Shown here in pieces: positions 1 to 10,862 of a stretch of 64,000 nucleotides of DNA. The translations under genes were made by a program, and so were the position numbers. Position 1 is the first letter of the stretch, and every line of letters starts with the position of its first letter. The stretch comes from Flectonema sp. DT1601 (lineage: Eukaryota), in assembly GCA_964019425.1 (NCBI GenBank), contig OZ025794.1, positions 868,001-932,000 on the forward strand, written 5' to 3'. The notes beneath the pieces are model-generated. The model did no database searches and was not told the origin of the DNA. It saw nothing but the letters and a program-made list of their open reading frames with translations.

Positions 1-854
1 TTAAAGTACTGACAAGCTCCCTTAAAGTCACTTAACATTAAACAAATATCACCGATATTCTTTTGAACTTTATAAACTGCTGCTGGAGCAGATGTGACAG
101 GTTGGACAGGTGGTGGTGGTGATGAACCTGGTGTATCGGGTGTTGTTGGTGTAGGTGGAGTAGAGTCATTTGATTTTAACCCTAAACCAACACCTAATAA
201 AGTTCTCTTAACTTGAATAGTAGAATCAACTGGAGTACTAAATAATAATGACTTATGATTATCTGGAAGATTAACAAACTGATGTAAACCATGAACTATG
301 TTAAGAAGAAGTTCATGAGTCATCGCTAATAGCATTCGACGTAATGAACTTTCAGGTGCAAGAGGAATGTATCGAATGAATGTCGAAGTTCGATCGTCTT
401 GAGAATTATTTCCTTGTTTCTCATTTGGATCAATAAATAAACATCTAGCTTGTTGATATGTACTCTGTAACAGCTGATATTGTTTCATAACTGATTCTAG
501 TTGTTCATCTGTTGAGTTCCTTCTAGCATGAACAACAGCTATGACTGCTTGTATTTTCTTACTGGCTACAATGTTCCTCCATCCTGACTGAGTCGTATTA
601 TGAATTAATTTTAATTTCAACTCTCCCCATCCCAAATTCAAAGTATATTTAGACGCGTCAGTAAATTGAGGAGTTCTTAATCCCGCGATCTCAGCCAACT
701 TGACGCTGTCGATGTCAGCCAGCATGTTATAGAATCCCTCGTATATGTGAGAACTCATCGGTCCCAATTTTACTACCGCAATGCGAATACAACGCAAGCC
801 TGTAATTTCTGAATCTGTTTCGGGGTCATCGGTCTCCGGTTTGTCCCAATCCAT
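1..854 (-). CDS. TRAPPC9: TRAPP II subunit TRAPPC9/Trs120-like protein, N-terminal part (runs off the window start; absent from the ORF track)
   Basis: Manual translation from ATG at 854 gives an open frame to base 1: MDWDKPETDD...RCIRIAVVKLGPMS...LGWGELKLKL...GWRNIVASKKIQAVIAVV...KVQKNIGDICLMLSDFKGACQYF. This matches the Trs120/TRAPPC9 N-terminal pattern (W-x-D/N...R/K-K-I-x-G/A-V-I and K-x-x-G-D-x-C-L). Confidence 0.7.
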   Translation of the reverse strand, partial: MDWDKPETDDPETDSEITGLRCIRIAVVKLGPMSSHIYEGFYNMLADIDSVKLAEIAGLRTPQFTDASKYTLNLGWGELKLKLIHNTTQSGWRNIVASKKIQAVIAVVHARRNSTDEQLESVMKQYQLLQSTYQQARCLFIDPNEKQGNNSQDDRTSTFIRYIPLAPESSLRRMLLAMTHELLLNIVHGLHQFVNLPDNHKSLLFSTPVDSTIQVKRTLLGVGLGLKSNDSTPPTPTTPDTPGSSPPPPVQPVTSAPAAVYKVQKNIGDICLMLSDFKGACQYF

Positions 855-929
855 GTGTGTGTCTAGTCAGAATGGTAATAACACAAATGACGGGAATAAG
901 ATGGGTAGAAAAAATAAATTGTTTTTAGA

Positions 930-962
<33 letters not shown>

Positions 963-1198
963 CCTGTAAAACATTTGAAAAAGTCAGTTAACAACAGTTG
1001 CTGTGAAAAAGTGAATTCTCACAAAAGAATCCGAAGCTAAAAAAACTGAAATACCCATACGCAACCAACTACGTAGTTAAATTCTTTTTTTTTCTTCTTT
1101 TTTCTTTTTTTTTTTTTTTTTGTCGCAAATGTTAAGCATCTATACGAATGGAGTCAGGAAATGGTACAACCGGTAATCGGTGCTGCTTTTTGACGATG

Positions 1199-1230
<32 letters not shown>

Positions 1231-1607
1231 TGGAGAGAAAACGTAAGGGAAAAAAAAAAAACAAAACAAGAAAAATAATAATAATATTGAGCAAACTAAT
1301 AACTAAATATCACCTGCAAGGCCAAAGGTCAGCAGCAGAGGGTTTTTATTTTTGGAGGGAAGGAAGTAGTATTTTTATTTAATATAATGATACACAACAT
1401 AACAGTTAACTCAAAGATGATAAAACTCACCTATTGACTAACTAAAAGGACTAAAAGGATAACATACGATGTTAACAAACTGATCGCACTACTTCTTTAA
1501 TTCCCGATTTTCAGGGATGTCACACGTCGAGGAGAGTTCGATCTCTCTGAATGCATAAAAGACCTTCCATTGGGTTTATAGCTGGTCACGATGGAGGTCA
1601 CGTTTTG

Positions 1608-1639
<32 letters not shown>

Positions 1640-1657
1640 CATTTAGACCCTGATTCA

Positions 1658-2137
1658 GTTTAGTTTAGTTAGCAAAATACAAACTGATGACTACGAGGGG
1701 TCTGGGTAGCCCGCATCAGTAAGGACCCAATCGCGAAGATTGTAGTTTCATAGTATTGGCTGGAAGTGATCCAGCCTCCACCTTGCCCAGAGGCTAACAG
1801 GTTGTAAACAACTAAAGAAACGATCTGGGAGTGGGGGGAAGGTGAAAAAAAATAAAAAACCTTTTTTCTTTCATATACATCTTTCTTTATAATACGACCA
1901 CATGTGCCATATGCCCACACTCCACGAAAGAAAATAGAAAACCCCGGAACAGTACCGAGGATCGTTCACCCCCAGTTGTCCAAAGCATTATAAGTGTACT
2001 GTGGGCTTACCGAAAAGCTTTAGAAATGTACCACAAAAGATTTGGGCAGCACATAGCCATATCACTTAGCAAGAAATGAAAACCAAAAGGATCAGGTAAG
2101 ATGACAGTCAGTTTAAGGGTCATAACTGCGCCGGACC
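1658..2137 (-). mobile_element. Non-coding SINE-like retroposon, copy 1 (~480 bp)
   Basis: Nearly identical to 39363-39856. Has a (GTTTA)n microsatellite end at the left and a possible 6-bp TSD GATTCA (1652-1657 and 2140-2145). Strand is inferred from the microsatellite tail. Confidence 0.75.
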
Positions 2138-3150
2138 ACGATTCACACAACAAGAAACCGTGTGTGCGTGCAAAAAAACCAAAAAGTGAAAATTCATTGA
2201 AAGGGAAAAGGAAAAAAAAAAAACCTACACTTCAACTATTGGCGTCAAGACTAAACTAGTCGTACTGTGTGAGCATAAAAGGAGAGAAAAAAAAAAAGAA
2301 AAAGCGGTTCATAGCTTACTTTTCGATGAAGGGACTTGATCACACACTAAGCAATGAAAGCAGGCAAGGAAAAGATAAGTATTAGCGTCTGGCGAGCTGT
2401 TGGGGAAGTAGAGAGCACGAAAAGGGAGAGGGAAAAAAAAAAAAAGATTATATCGGGGGTTAAATACCCCTTCTTTTATTTTTTATTTATTTTTTTATAA
2501 AAGAAAAGCTACTGTAGACATTGAATTAAAAGGAAATGAAAAAGAGGAGGGAAGAAAATTTTAGTGTCTTACACCACCAAATAGAAATACACAAGGTCCA
2601 GCAAGCTTGGTGTGACGTTAGTGGGTCATCCAACTGCAGTACTTTAGCGAATGCGGACGGCTGGTATCGTCAGAGCGAAGCATCACAATAGAACACGCAA
2701 AAAAAAGACATAGACATATGGAAATTCTACTCTATGAGTAACGAGGCTAGAAAGAATTTCATTGTTTGTTTATTGCGGTATGAAAATGACAGACTTGAAG
2801 AAAAAAAAAAACTTAAATAAAAGAAAACTTAGAGAAACGAGATCACTAAAACTATTTTTATTATTATTTTTTTTTTTTTTTTTTTTAATAGTCATAAATA
2901 GAATGAGCAAAATAACAAAGACAGAAAAAACTAATGAGCCAATAGAAAGGTAACCCGTTACGGAATTAACCGTTAAGCAATTTAAACTGAAAATACTAAC
3001 AATTGAAGGGTAGGAGAATAAGTTTGAAAAAAGGTATTTTCCCCTACACAATAATAAGTGGATAATTCACTACACACAATTACCGATGGAAGTCTCTTCT
3101 CATGTTTGCAACAGAAAAGACAAAAAGCCTCTGAAAAGTTGATTTTCACT

Positions 3151-4245
3151 CTATACCGCAGCCCATGTAAAATCTTGACTTGGCCGACGAGGCATTCTTT
3201 TTTCAGGTGAGTCAATACTACTGAGAGAATGACGACGTTTATCCTGGTCAACCTCCCACTGCTTTTCTAAAGCGTCGTAGTCGCGGACGAATTCCTTCCA
3301 AAATCCGTCTTTCCTGGAACTAGAATGTCTTTTCAACGAAGGTGATGAGTGACGGTGAGGATATGATGGCACAGAACCAACACGAGACATGTGAGTAGGA
3401 GATAAAGATCTATGATGAGGGTTTGGTAAGGAAAGCCTCTTCTGGTTACGAGAAGGTGAATTATCTTTTCTTGGAGGTCGCGACTGAAGTGATGGAGAAG
3501 GAGGTTGTGGTGTGAAGACATATTCATCTAATGGAACAATAGTTTCTTTAGGAGTAATACTCGCCTTCCGTATTGGTTTAATTGGAGGACTCTCCTTCTC
3601 TTTTACAGGAAATGATGGTGGTGGAGGCTCCTCAATAAGATTTACAGTCGAACTACCATAAGTTGCTGTAGTTGGGACTGGTGGTGGTGGTGGAGAAGAT
3701 TGCTGTCCTTGTGAAGGATAAGAGAGAGGTTTGAATCCTCCACCATTGCGAAGAATTTTAAGTTTTTGATTCGGTTTCATGTAAGTCTTTGATTTCTGCA
3801 TATTAATATAAGGCTTTTCACTACCACCAACCTCAAGTCGGATAACAGGAGGTTTAACACCAATAGAAGCTCCAACAGTAAGAGCAATGGTTTCCGCACA
3901 TGCTTGTAAAGTGTTAGGATTGTTTCTTGTGTCTCCTTCGTGACTCATAAGTATGAGACCAGGCTCACTACAGTTTGATTTTGTTTTTATAAGAAGCTTA
4001 TTAGATAACATATAGATACTTTCGATATCTTGTAGCCACACTGCTCTGTTGATCATGCAGTTCTCTTTTGATATAAACACGAATTCCTTAGTCACCAACA
4101 TTATCATCTTCTTTGGAGTTCCCCTTGTATTCACCCTATCCACAGAACGACATGCAAAAAAGACAGGGGTAACCGAAGCAAATTTTGCAAGAGAAGGGTG
4201 TATATGAAGAATTTGCGGAGGATAGCCGGTGATTTGCTCAGCCAT
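3151..4245 (-). CDS. Hypothetical protein with N-terminal myosin-TH1/PH-like domain and Pro/Ser-rich tail
   Basis: 364-aa ATG ORF. VFFACRSVDRVNTRGTPKKMIMLVTKEFVFI...INRAVWLQDIESI resembles the TH1 (PH-like) fold. The C-terminus is low complexity. Confidence 0.6.
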   Translation of the reverse strand: MAEQITGYPPQILHIHPSLAKFASVTPVFFACRSVDRVNTRGTPKKMIMLVTKEFVFISKENCMINRAVWLQDIESIYMLSNKLLIKTKSNCSEPGLILMSHEGDTRNNPNTLQACAETIALTVGASIGVKPPVIRLEVGGSEKPYINMQKSKTYMKPNQKLKILRNGGGFKPLSYPSQGQQSSPPPPPVPTTATYGSSTVNLIEEPPPPSFPVKEKESPPIKPIRKASITPKETIVPLDEYVFTPQPPSPSLQSRPPRKDNSPSRNQKRLSLPNPHHRSLSPTHMSRVGSVPSYPHRHSSPSLKRHSSSRKDGFWKEFVRDYDALEKQWEVDQDKRRHSLSSIDSPEKRMPRRPSQDFTWAAV

Positions 4246-4576
4246 TTTATTAGCGTGTTTCTAGAAATAATGTAATTAATAACTTAGATAAGCAACTAAT
4301 AAATTTTTTTTTTTATTTAAATTGTCTTACAACAGTCATATTGTTGATCCTGAAGAAACGAAATGAGGGAGAGAAAAAACAAAAAGAATAATACATTATT
4401 TCACCTCGAAAGATGTACACCCCGAGTCAGATGTAACTATCAAAATACCACTGAGTTGAGAATATATGAAAAACATGGTTGATACGCTGCAACCAAAACT
4501 TATGAAATAAACGAATGGGGGGGGGAAGGGGGATGAGTGTTTGCGTGTGAGTTATGACAGCGCTCCATATTCTTCT

Positions 4577-4607
<31 letters not shown>

Positions 4608-6597
4608 GCGCACTAGTCCCTAAAAGGTAACTATCTCACAGAGGTCTGCTACATGTATTCCCAGTGGTAGGACTGCTTCACGCAACCAAACTGCACACGA
4701 CACATTTACATCATCAAATAAAAAGGGCTAGAATCAGGTCACATTTTGCAAACACAGAAAAGAAGGAAACAAAAAAAAAAGGGAAGGGAAAAGAAAAAAT
4801 TCGTGGACAGGGTGGGGAGGTCAAGTATAGTTTCGGCTAGCTGGGGAAAGAGCTACCGAGTAATTATTTCATTTTTTTTCTTCGTTTTATTATGTATATC
4901 AGTGGCAAGTATACTCCTTTGAAGAGAACAATTACAGCTTACTCAACGACATACCTCACACGACTCAACAGAAGAAGACAACGACTAGATACAGATAACT
5001 ATTATCATGTCAGAAGCTTTTATTCTCTTTAAGGTGGGGAAGGGGAGGTGAGGAACAGACCAGACTTTATTTGTTCTCTTTTTTTTTTCTTTCTGGTTTT
5101 GCCTTTGTAAACCACATCTACTCTTACATGACTCATGGCTACCACTACGGTCTAAGCTGAAGGTCCGCGAAGGTTCTCGAGGCCAAAAGCCAAGCGACTC
5201 ATTTAGCCGAATAAAAGTGACGCAAGGGTACCGCAATGTAAAAGTTACATAATTATTTATTTATCAAAGTCAAACCCCCGGAGAAGCTCACGGGATACCA
5301 TAGTACCACAACCATGAGACTCAGGCGAGAAGAGACGTAAATTGACGAATAGACAGTGACTGCCTAGACCCACAGCATGCACTAGCAGGAAGTGTAAGAG
5401 ACGGCTGATAACGTCTATTTTTCATCAACTTTCTTAAATCAGGTCGTAGTAAAGGATAGACACGTTTGCAGCACGAACAAGTTGAGCCTGTTATTTCTCG
5501 TAGTTTATTCTTATTTTGCTTTCTTTCAGACGAAAAGAAAATTAAAAAAAAACGCGGCAAATATTTGCTCAGGCACCAAGGTTTTTACATCGTTTTTTTT
5601 TTTTTTTTTTGCCTTCCTTTCCCTCGATCCGTCGTTTCAGGTTTATGAGTAAAATAAGTAAACACACGTGAGAGCTTTTTCGGTCCCAATAAATTTGCCT
5701 AATACCATAATCACTATTAATAGAGCATAAGTCTTCAACAATGATAACCTGAAGGCTGGTTTGAACAATTTGAATTTTGTGTTTGCTATTTATACTTCCC
5801 TGTCTCAGATTACAAAAAAAAAAAAAGAAAAAGAAAAAGAAATTAGGACAGCAGGCAACCAGACGAACCCGGATACTGTTATATACCACACCACACGAAC
5901 TTATGTGCGATTACTACGAGGCGAAACAATTGAAAAAAACAAAAGCTCAGGGGAGTGGGAGCTCAAAAGAAAAATTTAAGGGTAAGAAGGAAAACAGTAC
6001 ATGAAGCTAAGACGATATGAGAAGAAACAGAATAGGAATTCGGACTTTGGACTACGATCCACACTCTGAGGGGGACATACTACGAAGTACACGACCAATG
6101 TTTTTTTTATTCTTTACCTTTTTTTTTCTTTTTTGCGATGTCACACATGTGTTGCTACCTTTGTCGCCCACGTGAACTTTGACTAAGTGACTGAAATAAA
6201 TATGAGTCCCTTATACCGAAATACAACACAGGAAACAGATAGAATAGCAATTTAAGAAATATCACTGTAAGAAGTAGCACTTATACGAACCAGAGAAATA
6301 AATTGAATTTCTGCCGACTGCTTTTCAAAGATCGAAATTCTTCAGCAGCGCAGCTTTGAGGGTACCGTTTGGAACAGAGTGATTGCTAACACACCTCCTT
6401 TTTGTTTTTCTTTTTATGTTTCTTTCTTTTCTGAATAGGGGTAGGGGTTTCTTTGTTCTTCCCTTTGTTTTATTTCCTTCTGCCCTTAACTTACAGCCAC
6501 CAGGAACAGAACCAGGTGATCTCTTCGTGTATCTGTTACCTGAATGCCAGTTGGCAAAAAGTTGTACGACACTATTCACAACTGAAAACATAGTAAC

Positions 6598-7398
6598 TTA
6601 CTTGCAGCACTTCTTTTCTTGTCCACCGTTGCGATTGGTCTTTGTGGATCCGACTACAGTAGAATTCATATCATCGTCTTCAATTAAGATTGTTCTCTTG
6701 GGTTTTGCTTTGTATCCTCCCATTCCAGCACCATCACTTCCTCCAGCACGACCACCTCCACGCTTTCTACGATGGTTTATCATAGCTTTTGTTAGCTCCA
6801 TAAACGCTTCATTCACACCAAGTCCATCCTTTGCACTAGTGTGAATGTGATAGGCGTCGAGTTCTCTGCAGTAATCGGTTACCATATTTTGGTCGACCTG
6901 TTTGTTTTGATTTTCATTCTTTTATATTTATAGGAAGTGACAGAAAACTGAAACAGGGTTTCTCCAAACCAAGTGTTCGAGTGCTTAAATAACTCACTAC
7001 GTATGTGTAAAACATACCTGTCTCTTTCCCTTGAGATCGTACTTGTTACCTGCAACACAGATTCGGATATCATCTCCGACCATTTTGCGGAGCTCTCGTA
7101 CCCAAGTTCTTACCTTTTCAAAGGTCTCTGCATCAGTAATGTCGTACACAAGTAAGGCTCCATTAGCATCTCTGTAGTAAATTGGTCCCAGAGCTCTGAA
7201 TCGCTCCTGTCCTGCTGTGTCCCAGATAGCTATTCTCGCAGTGTGTTCTCCAATCTGAAGATCTTTCGTTGAATACATATTAGCCTGCACCGTACTCTTC
7301 TGCTTGTCACTAAATTCATTTTCTAAGTACCGGCGAACGAGCGAGGTCTTTCCAACTCGCCCCTCGCCCAACAGCACAACTTTATATTTATCAGCCAT
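6598..7398 (-). CDS. RAB21: Rab21-like small GTPase, two exons (7398-7018 and 6897-6598)
   Basis: GEGRVGKTSL, STVQA switch region, WDTAGQERFRALGPIYYRD, GNKYD, HTSAK and a C-terminal CC prenylation motif. Splicing out 6898-7017 joins KGKRQ to VDQNMVTDY in frame. Confidence 0.93.
6898..7017 (-). other. Spliceosomal intron (120 nt, GTATGT...AAACAAACAG) in Rab21
   Basis: Canonical GT-AG ends; removal restores a contiguous Rab GTPase. Confidence 0.9.
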
Positions 7399-7463
7399 CC
7401 CTGAAGTGAAATTAATATTCAGAATTCAGAAATAAAAACAAAGCAAGAGGTTTGCTAATAAGA

Positions 7464-7955
7464 AAAACGTGTGTCAGGGCAACGTTGCGCTGTATCTGTC
7501 GGTGTCCTCACCGACAGATGTACAGCTCCGTAAGTCTCTCTCCTAAGATTAGCCCAAGGCCCCAATAGGGTATTCACACACTACTCTACCTGGCCATCAC
7601 GCTGCTCCGAAAGAATTGCGCATCATCAAAAAAAACGACGTCAGTGGGGTTCGAACCGCAGCCCTGAAACTAAGTCACTTTTTTTTTATTAAAAAAACCC
7701 ATAAATCCTAATTTTAAAAATGTGTGTAAGGAATGTTGTGCTGTTTAACCTTCCCTCCGGGAACGTCCTTTAAGCTGATGCTCAGAGGCAGCTGCGTGAG
7801 TCTTTCTCTTAAGATTATCCTAGGCCCCGATGGGGGTAATCACACACCACCTTACCTGATTTTCATGCCGCTCCGAGGAAGCTACGAATCATCGAAAAAA
7901 ACGACGCCAGTGGGGTTCGAACTGCAGCCCTGAAATAGGAGACCACTTTTTTGTT
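7464..7955. repeat. Two diverged ~230-240 bp direct repeats, each with a tRNA B-box-like GTTCGAAC motif next to an oligo-T (minus strand) run
   Basis: 7464-7690 aligns with 7716-7955 (for example aaaaaaacgacgYcagtggggttcgaacYgcagccctgaaa). Copy 1 has a strong hairpin at 7489-7526. Confidence 0.65.
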
Positions 7956-9029
7956 ATTTTCCCTGCAGAGAATAGAAAATGCTAACAAATTTACATACAT
8001 CATGACTTGTGTATAATTTTTTGAGGGTGTAAATTAAATACTAAAAGACTTCCTTTATAGGATGATGTGTACCTTCATGCATCAGAATATTGAGTGGCAT
8101 ACTGTTCACAAATTAATAGAGAAAAAGAAAACGACGACCTTGTTTACAGTAGGCATTCGGATTTGCATTCGCTGTTCGAGTCTCCCTTTTAAGCTTACAC
8201 ATGAGGAAGATCACATTGACCCACCATGGGAGAACCATATGATAATGTTGACTGATAGATAGGCGAACCTAACCCGCATGTAACTTGAGGACGTCAGAAG
8301 ATGGATTTGGAGTCCTAAATTGAAGCACGAAGCTCATTGGTCACCATTCCTACCATCGTTGAGGAAAACAAAGAGTCGAGCATGTAGTCAAAGACCACTT
8401 TAACAGCCCAACCTGCCCTCAAGAGAAATTATTAAGGGAATGGGACAGGAGGGTTGAGAGACTGCAACAACACGAAGTACATTACCTCAAGATTTTTTAT
8501 CGCTGTGGGGAACAGAAGGCAAGCACTACATGCAAGAAGGAAATGACTGCATAACCCTTCGTAAGAAGGACTAAGGTATTCTTTGACTATTGATTACCAC
8601 ACCACAATACATATTCAAAAACTACGGCAGGGAGGAGAAGAGAGCATAGCACAAAAGATGTACAACTCTATTTGCAGATTCCAGTCAACAGAAATCCCTT
8701 CGTAAGAAAGAATCGAAATATTTGCGCTACGAAGTCATCCACGCAAAGGTACTGCAGTAAATTCTAGTTCGAAGTACCAACATGACCAGTGAGTCGAGAG
8801 AATGAATTATACTGCGACAATACTGTCGTAAGAAAGGGTAAATCAGATCTACAAAATAGCAAGGAAACAGTGTAATCGATACGTGTACTTTACTAACTAT
8901 CACCGGAGGTGAAAAAAAAAAAAAAGATGTTTCGAAATTGACTAGTCAAAAGGGTACATTGTATTGTCGAGCCAAGCAGTAAATCAACAGTCGTGCTAAC
9001 TTCGTGAAGATTTTCCAATTTCAAAAAGC

Positions 9030-10577
9030 CTAGCTGATGTCGTTGTTATCGTTGTCGTCAATCTCACTGCAGAACGTATCGCTGTAGGCGATACTTTTCT
9101 TACGACCGTCTTCAATGAAACTTCGGATGAGTCCAGATAACGATTGTACCTCCTGTTCTAGTGACGATATCCGAGAGGCTAGTAAGGCATCAGAGTGAAG
9201 TTTGCGACTCGTTCTTCTTTTGGGAGATACAGGCGGGACATTACTATCAATACCTTCAACGTTTATATCTTTATGTGAAATCATCTCCATATCGCTACCA
9301 CTACCAATTACAATAGATCCTTCAGTTTTTGATTTTTCCGTTTCTGTCACGTTCTTTTGCATATTGAAATTAAAAGCTACTTTACGAGCCTTCTTTGCTT
9401 TCAGTTTATCTACTTCGTGTACTGTAGTCTGAAGAGAATTCGATAATAAAGTGATGGGGAAGGCAACCAGTACGAATCCCGTGAGCATTGTGATACTGGC
9501 AATTATCTTACCAGCAGTTGTTCTTGGATAAGAATCACCGTATCCGACAGTTGTTAGAGTGACCCATGCCCACCACATTGAATCAGGGATTGATTGGAAG
9601 TTTATGACTTGTCCTGCATCGTCGTAGTCGCTGTCGTTGTCGCGTATCCATTTTTGTTGGGTCGTGTCGAAGGTGGCTTGTCCCCGTTCGAAAGTGAACA
9701 TCAGAGAGGCGAATACAGTAACAGCAACCACATTTATTAACAATGTTGATAACAGTAAAGCATCACCTGCTCTTTGGATTGTTAGAAGTAGAAGTTGAAC
9801 TCCTTGAAATCTTGCTCCAAGTTTTACCACTCTCAGTAAGCGAAGTAGTCTAAGAACACGAAGTACAATCAATACTTGGACTTCTCCAGAACCTGCTCCG
9901 GCAAGTCCAACATAGAATGGCAACACCGCTAAGATATCCACCCACGTCAAAACTGATTTCAGATATTCCTTCCTCTCTGGAGCTGATATCACTCTCAGGC
10001 AGAGCTCCACAGAGAATATTGCTATGCAGGTAGCCTCAATTGCGAATATATGTGGATTGTTTTTCTCTTGATACTGAGGCATGCTTTCAACCATCATATT
10101 CCCAACAGATGTTAGAATTGCTAATTGAATAAAACAATTAGTTATCGCACAGATCTTATTTACCCAAGGGACTTCAGTGAAGTGAGGACCACCTTCATCT
10201 AGACTAGCCCATATCCATTCTTTAAAACCTTTAGGACGATCTTTAACTTGAACTTCACCAGTAGCGTACTTGTCTATATCTGACATGATGATGGTGTCTA
10301 CTCGCAGGTACTCTTGGAGTTCGGTGAAGGTTACTTGTCCATCTCCGTTGACATCAATATCAGAAAAAAGATCATCAGTAACCAGACGAACGTCTTCTAT
10401 TGGTATTTCTGGCCACATCTGTTCCCACAGTCTTAATATCTCAAGTCGGTCAAGTCCAGCAGTCCCATCAGCATCAGCAGCATTGAATCTCTCTTTTAAC
10501 ATATCCATCTGCTCCGCATTCAAATCCAAGTACGACTCTTCCTTGTCGACCGGACCGGTTGCACATTGGAGAGACAC
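9030..10577 (-). CDS. Kv-type 6TM potassium channel with N-terminal EF-hand pair (first ATG at 10508; true start uncertain)
   Basis: EF-hands DADGTAGLDRLE and DVNGDGQVTFTE; S4 LRVLRLLRLLRVVK; pore WWAWVTLTTVGYGD; S6 AFPITLL. Confidence 0.9.
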   Translation of the reverse strand: MSLQCATGPVDKEESYLDLNAEQMDMLKERFNAADADGTAGLDRLEILRLWEQMWPEIPIEDVRLVTDDLFSDIDVNGDGQVTFTELQEYLRVDTIIMSDIDKYATGEVQVKDRPKGFKEWIWASLDEGGPHFTEVPWVNKICAITNCFIQLAILTSVGNMMVESMPQYQEKNNPHIFAIEATCIAIFSVELCLRVISAPERKEYLKSVLTWVDILAVLPFYVGLAGAGSGEVQVLIVLRVLRLLRLLRVVKLGARFQGVQLLLLTIQRAGDALLLSTLLINVVAVTVFASLMFTFERGQATFDTTQQKWIRDNDSDYDDAGQVINFQSIPDSMWWAWVTLTTVGYGDSYPRTTAGKIIASITMLTGFVLVAFPITLLSNSLQTTVHEVDKLKAKKARKVAFNFNMQKNVTETEKSKTEGSIVIGSGSDMEMISHKDINVEGIDSNVPPVSPKRRTSRKLHSDALLASRISSLEQEVQSLSGLIRSFIEDGRKKSIAYSDTFCSEIDDNDNNDIS

Positions 10578-10862
10578 TTTGTTATTCTATCAAAACGGTC
10601 TTGGAGAAAGAAAAATAATAATAATACCTTACAGATAATTATAGTAATAATAACAACAGTACAATTATTCCTTTTCGGTGATTGCTGTATTCACAGCCGT
10701 TCATCATCAATCTCAAAAGTGTTAAAAGCTCCAATTGGAGCATGAGGGATAACTGAGGGAGGACAGGTACAATATATCTACAAAATGATTTTTACGGAAA
10801 TTCTAAAATACAAAAGAAGCTCAGCAGATGGTCATAACCCACACTAGTCAGCCTCACTAATG

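Noticed and set aside
1683..1720. Hammerhead ribozyme (CTGATGA) in the SINE-like element
   Set aside because: No GAAA core follows the stem; the segment is better explained as a simple hairpin.
1669..1920. 83-aa ORF, and the similar ORFs at 39375-39708
   Set aside because: The reading frame is not conserved between the two element copies because of indels, so it is non-coding.
4246..6597. Short ORFs and possible snoRNAs in the long intergenic region
   Set aside because: The ORFs are poly-K/poly-F homopolymer artefacts, and no convincing box C/D pair with terminal stem was found.
6997..7017. ORF-track C-termini of Rab21 (VCFTHT), the kinase (YVILFAFS...) and the coiled-coil protein (YVKNSFFFKT)
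   Set aside because: These are read-through into predicted GTATGT introns, not true ends and not pseudogenisation.
7630..7680. Intact tRNA gene
   Set aside because: Only a B-box/T-loop-like motif is present. The T-stem pairs poorly and there is no D-arm, A-box or anticodon arm.
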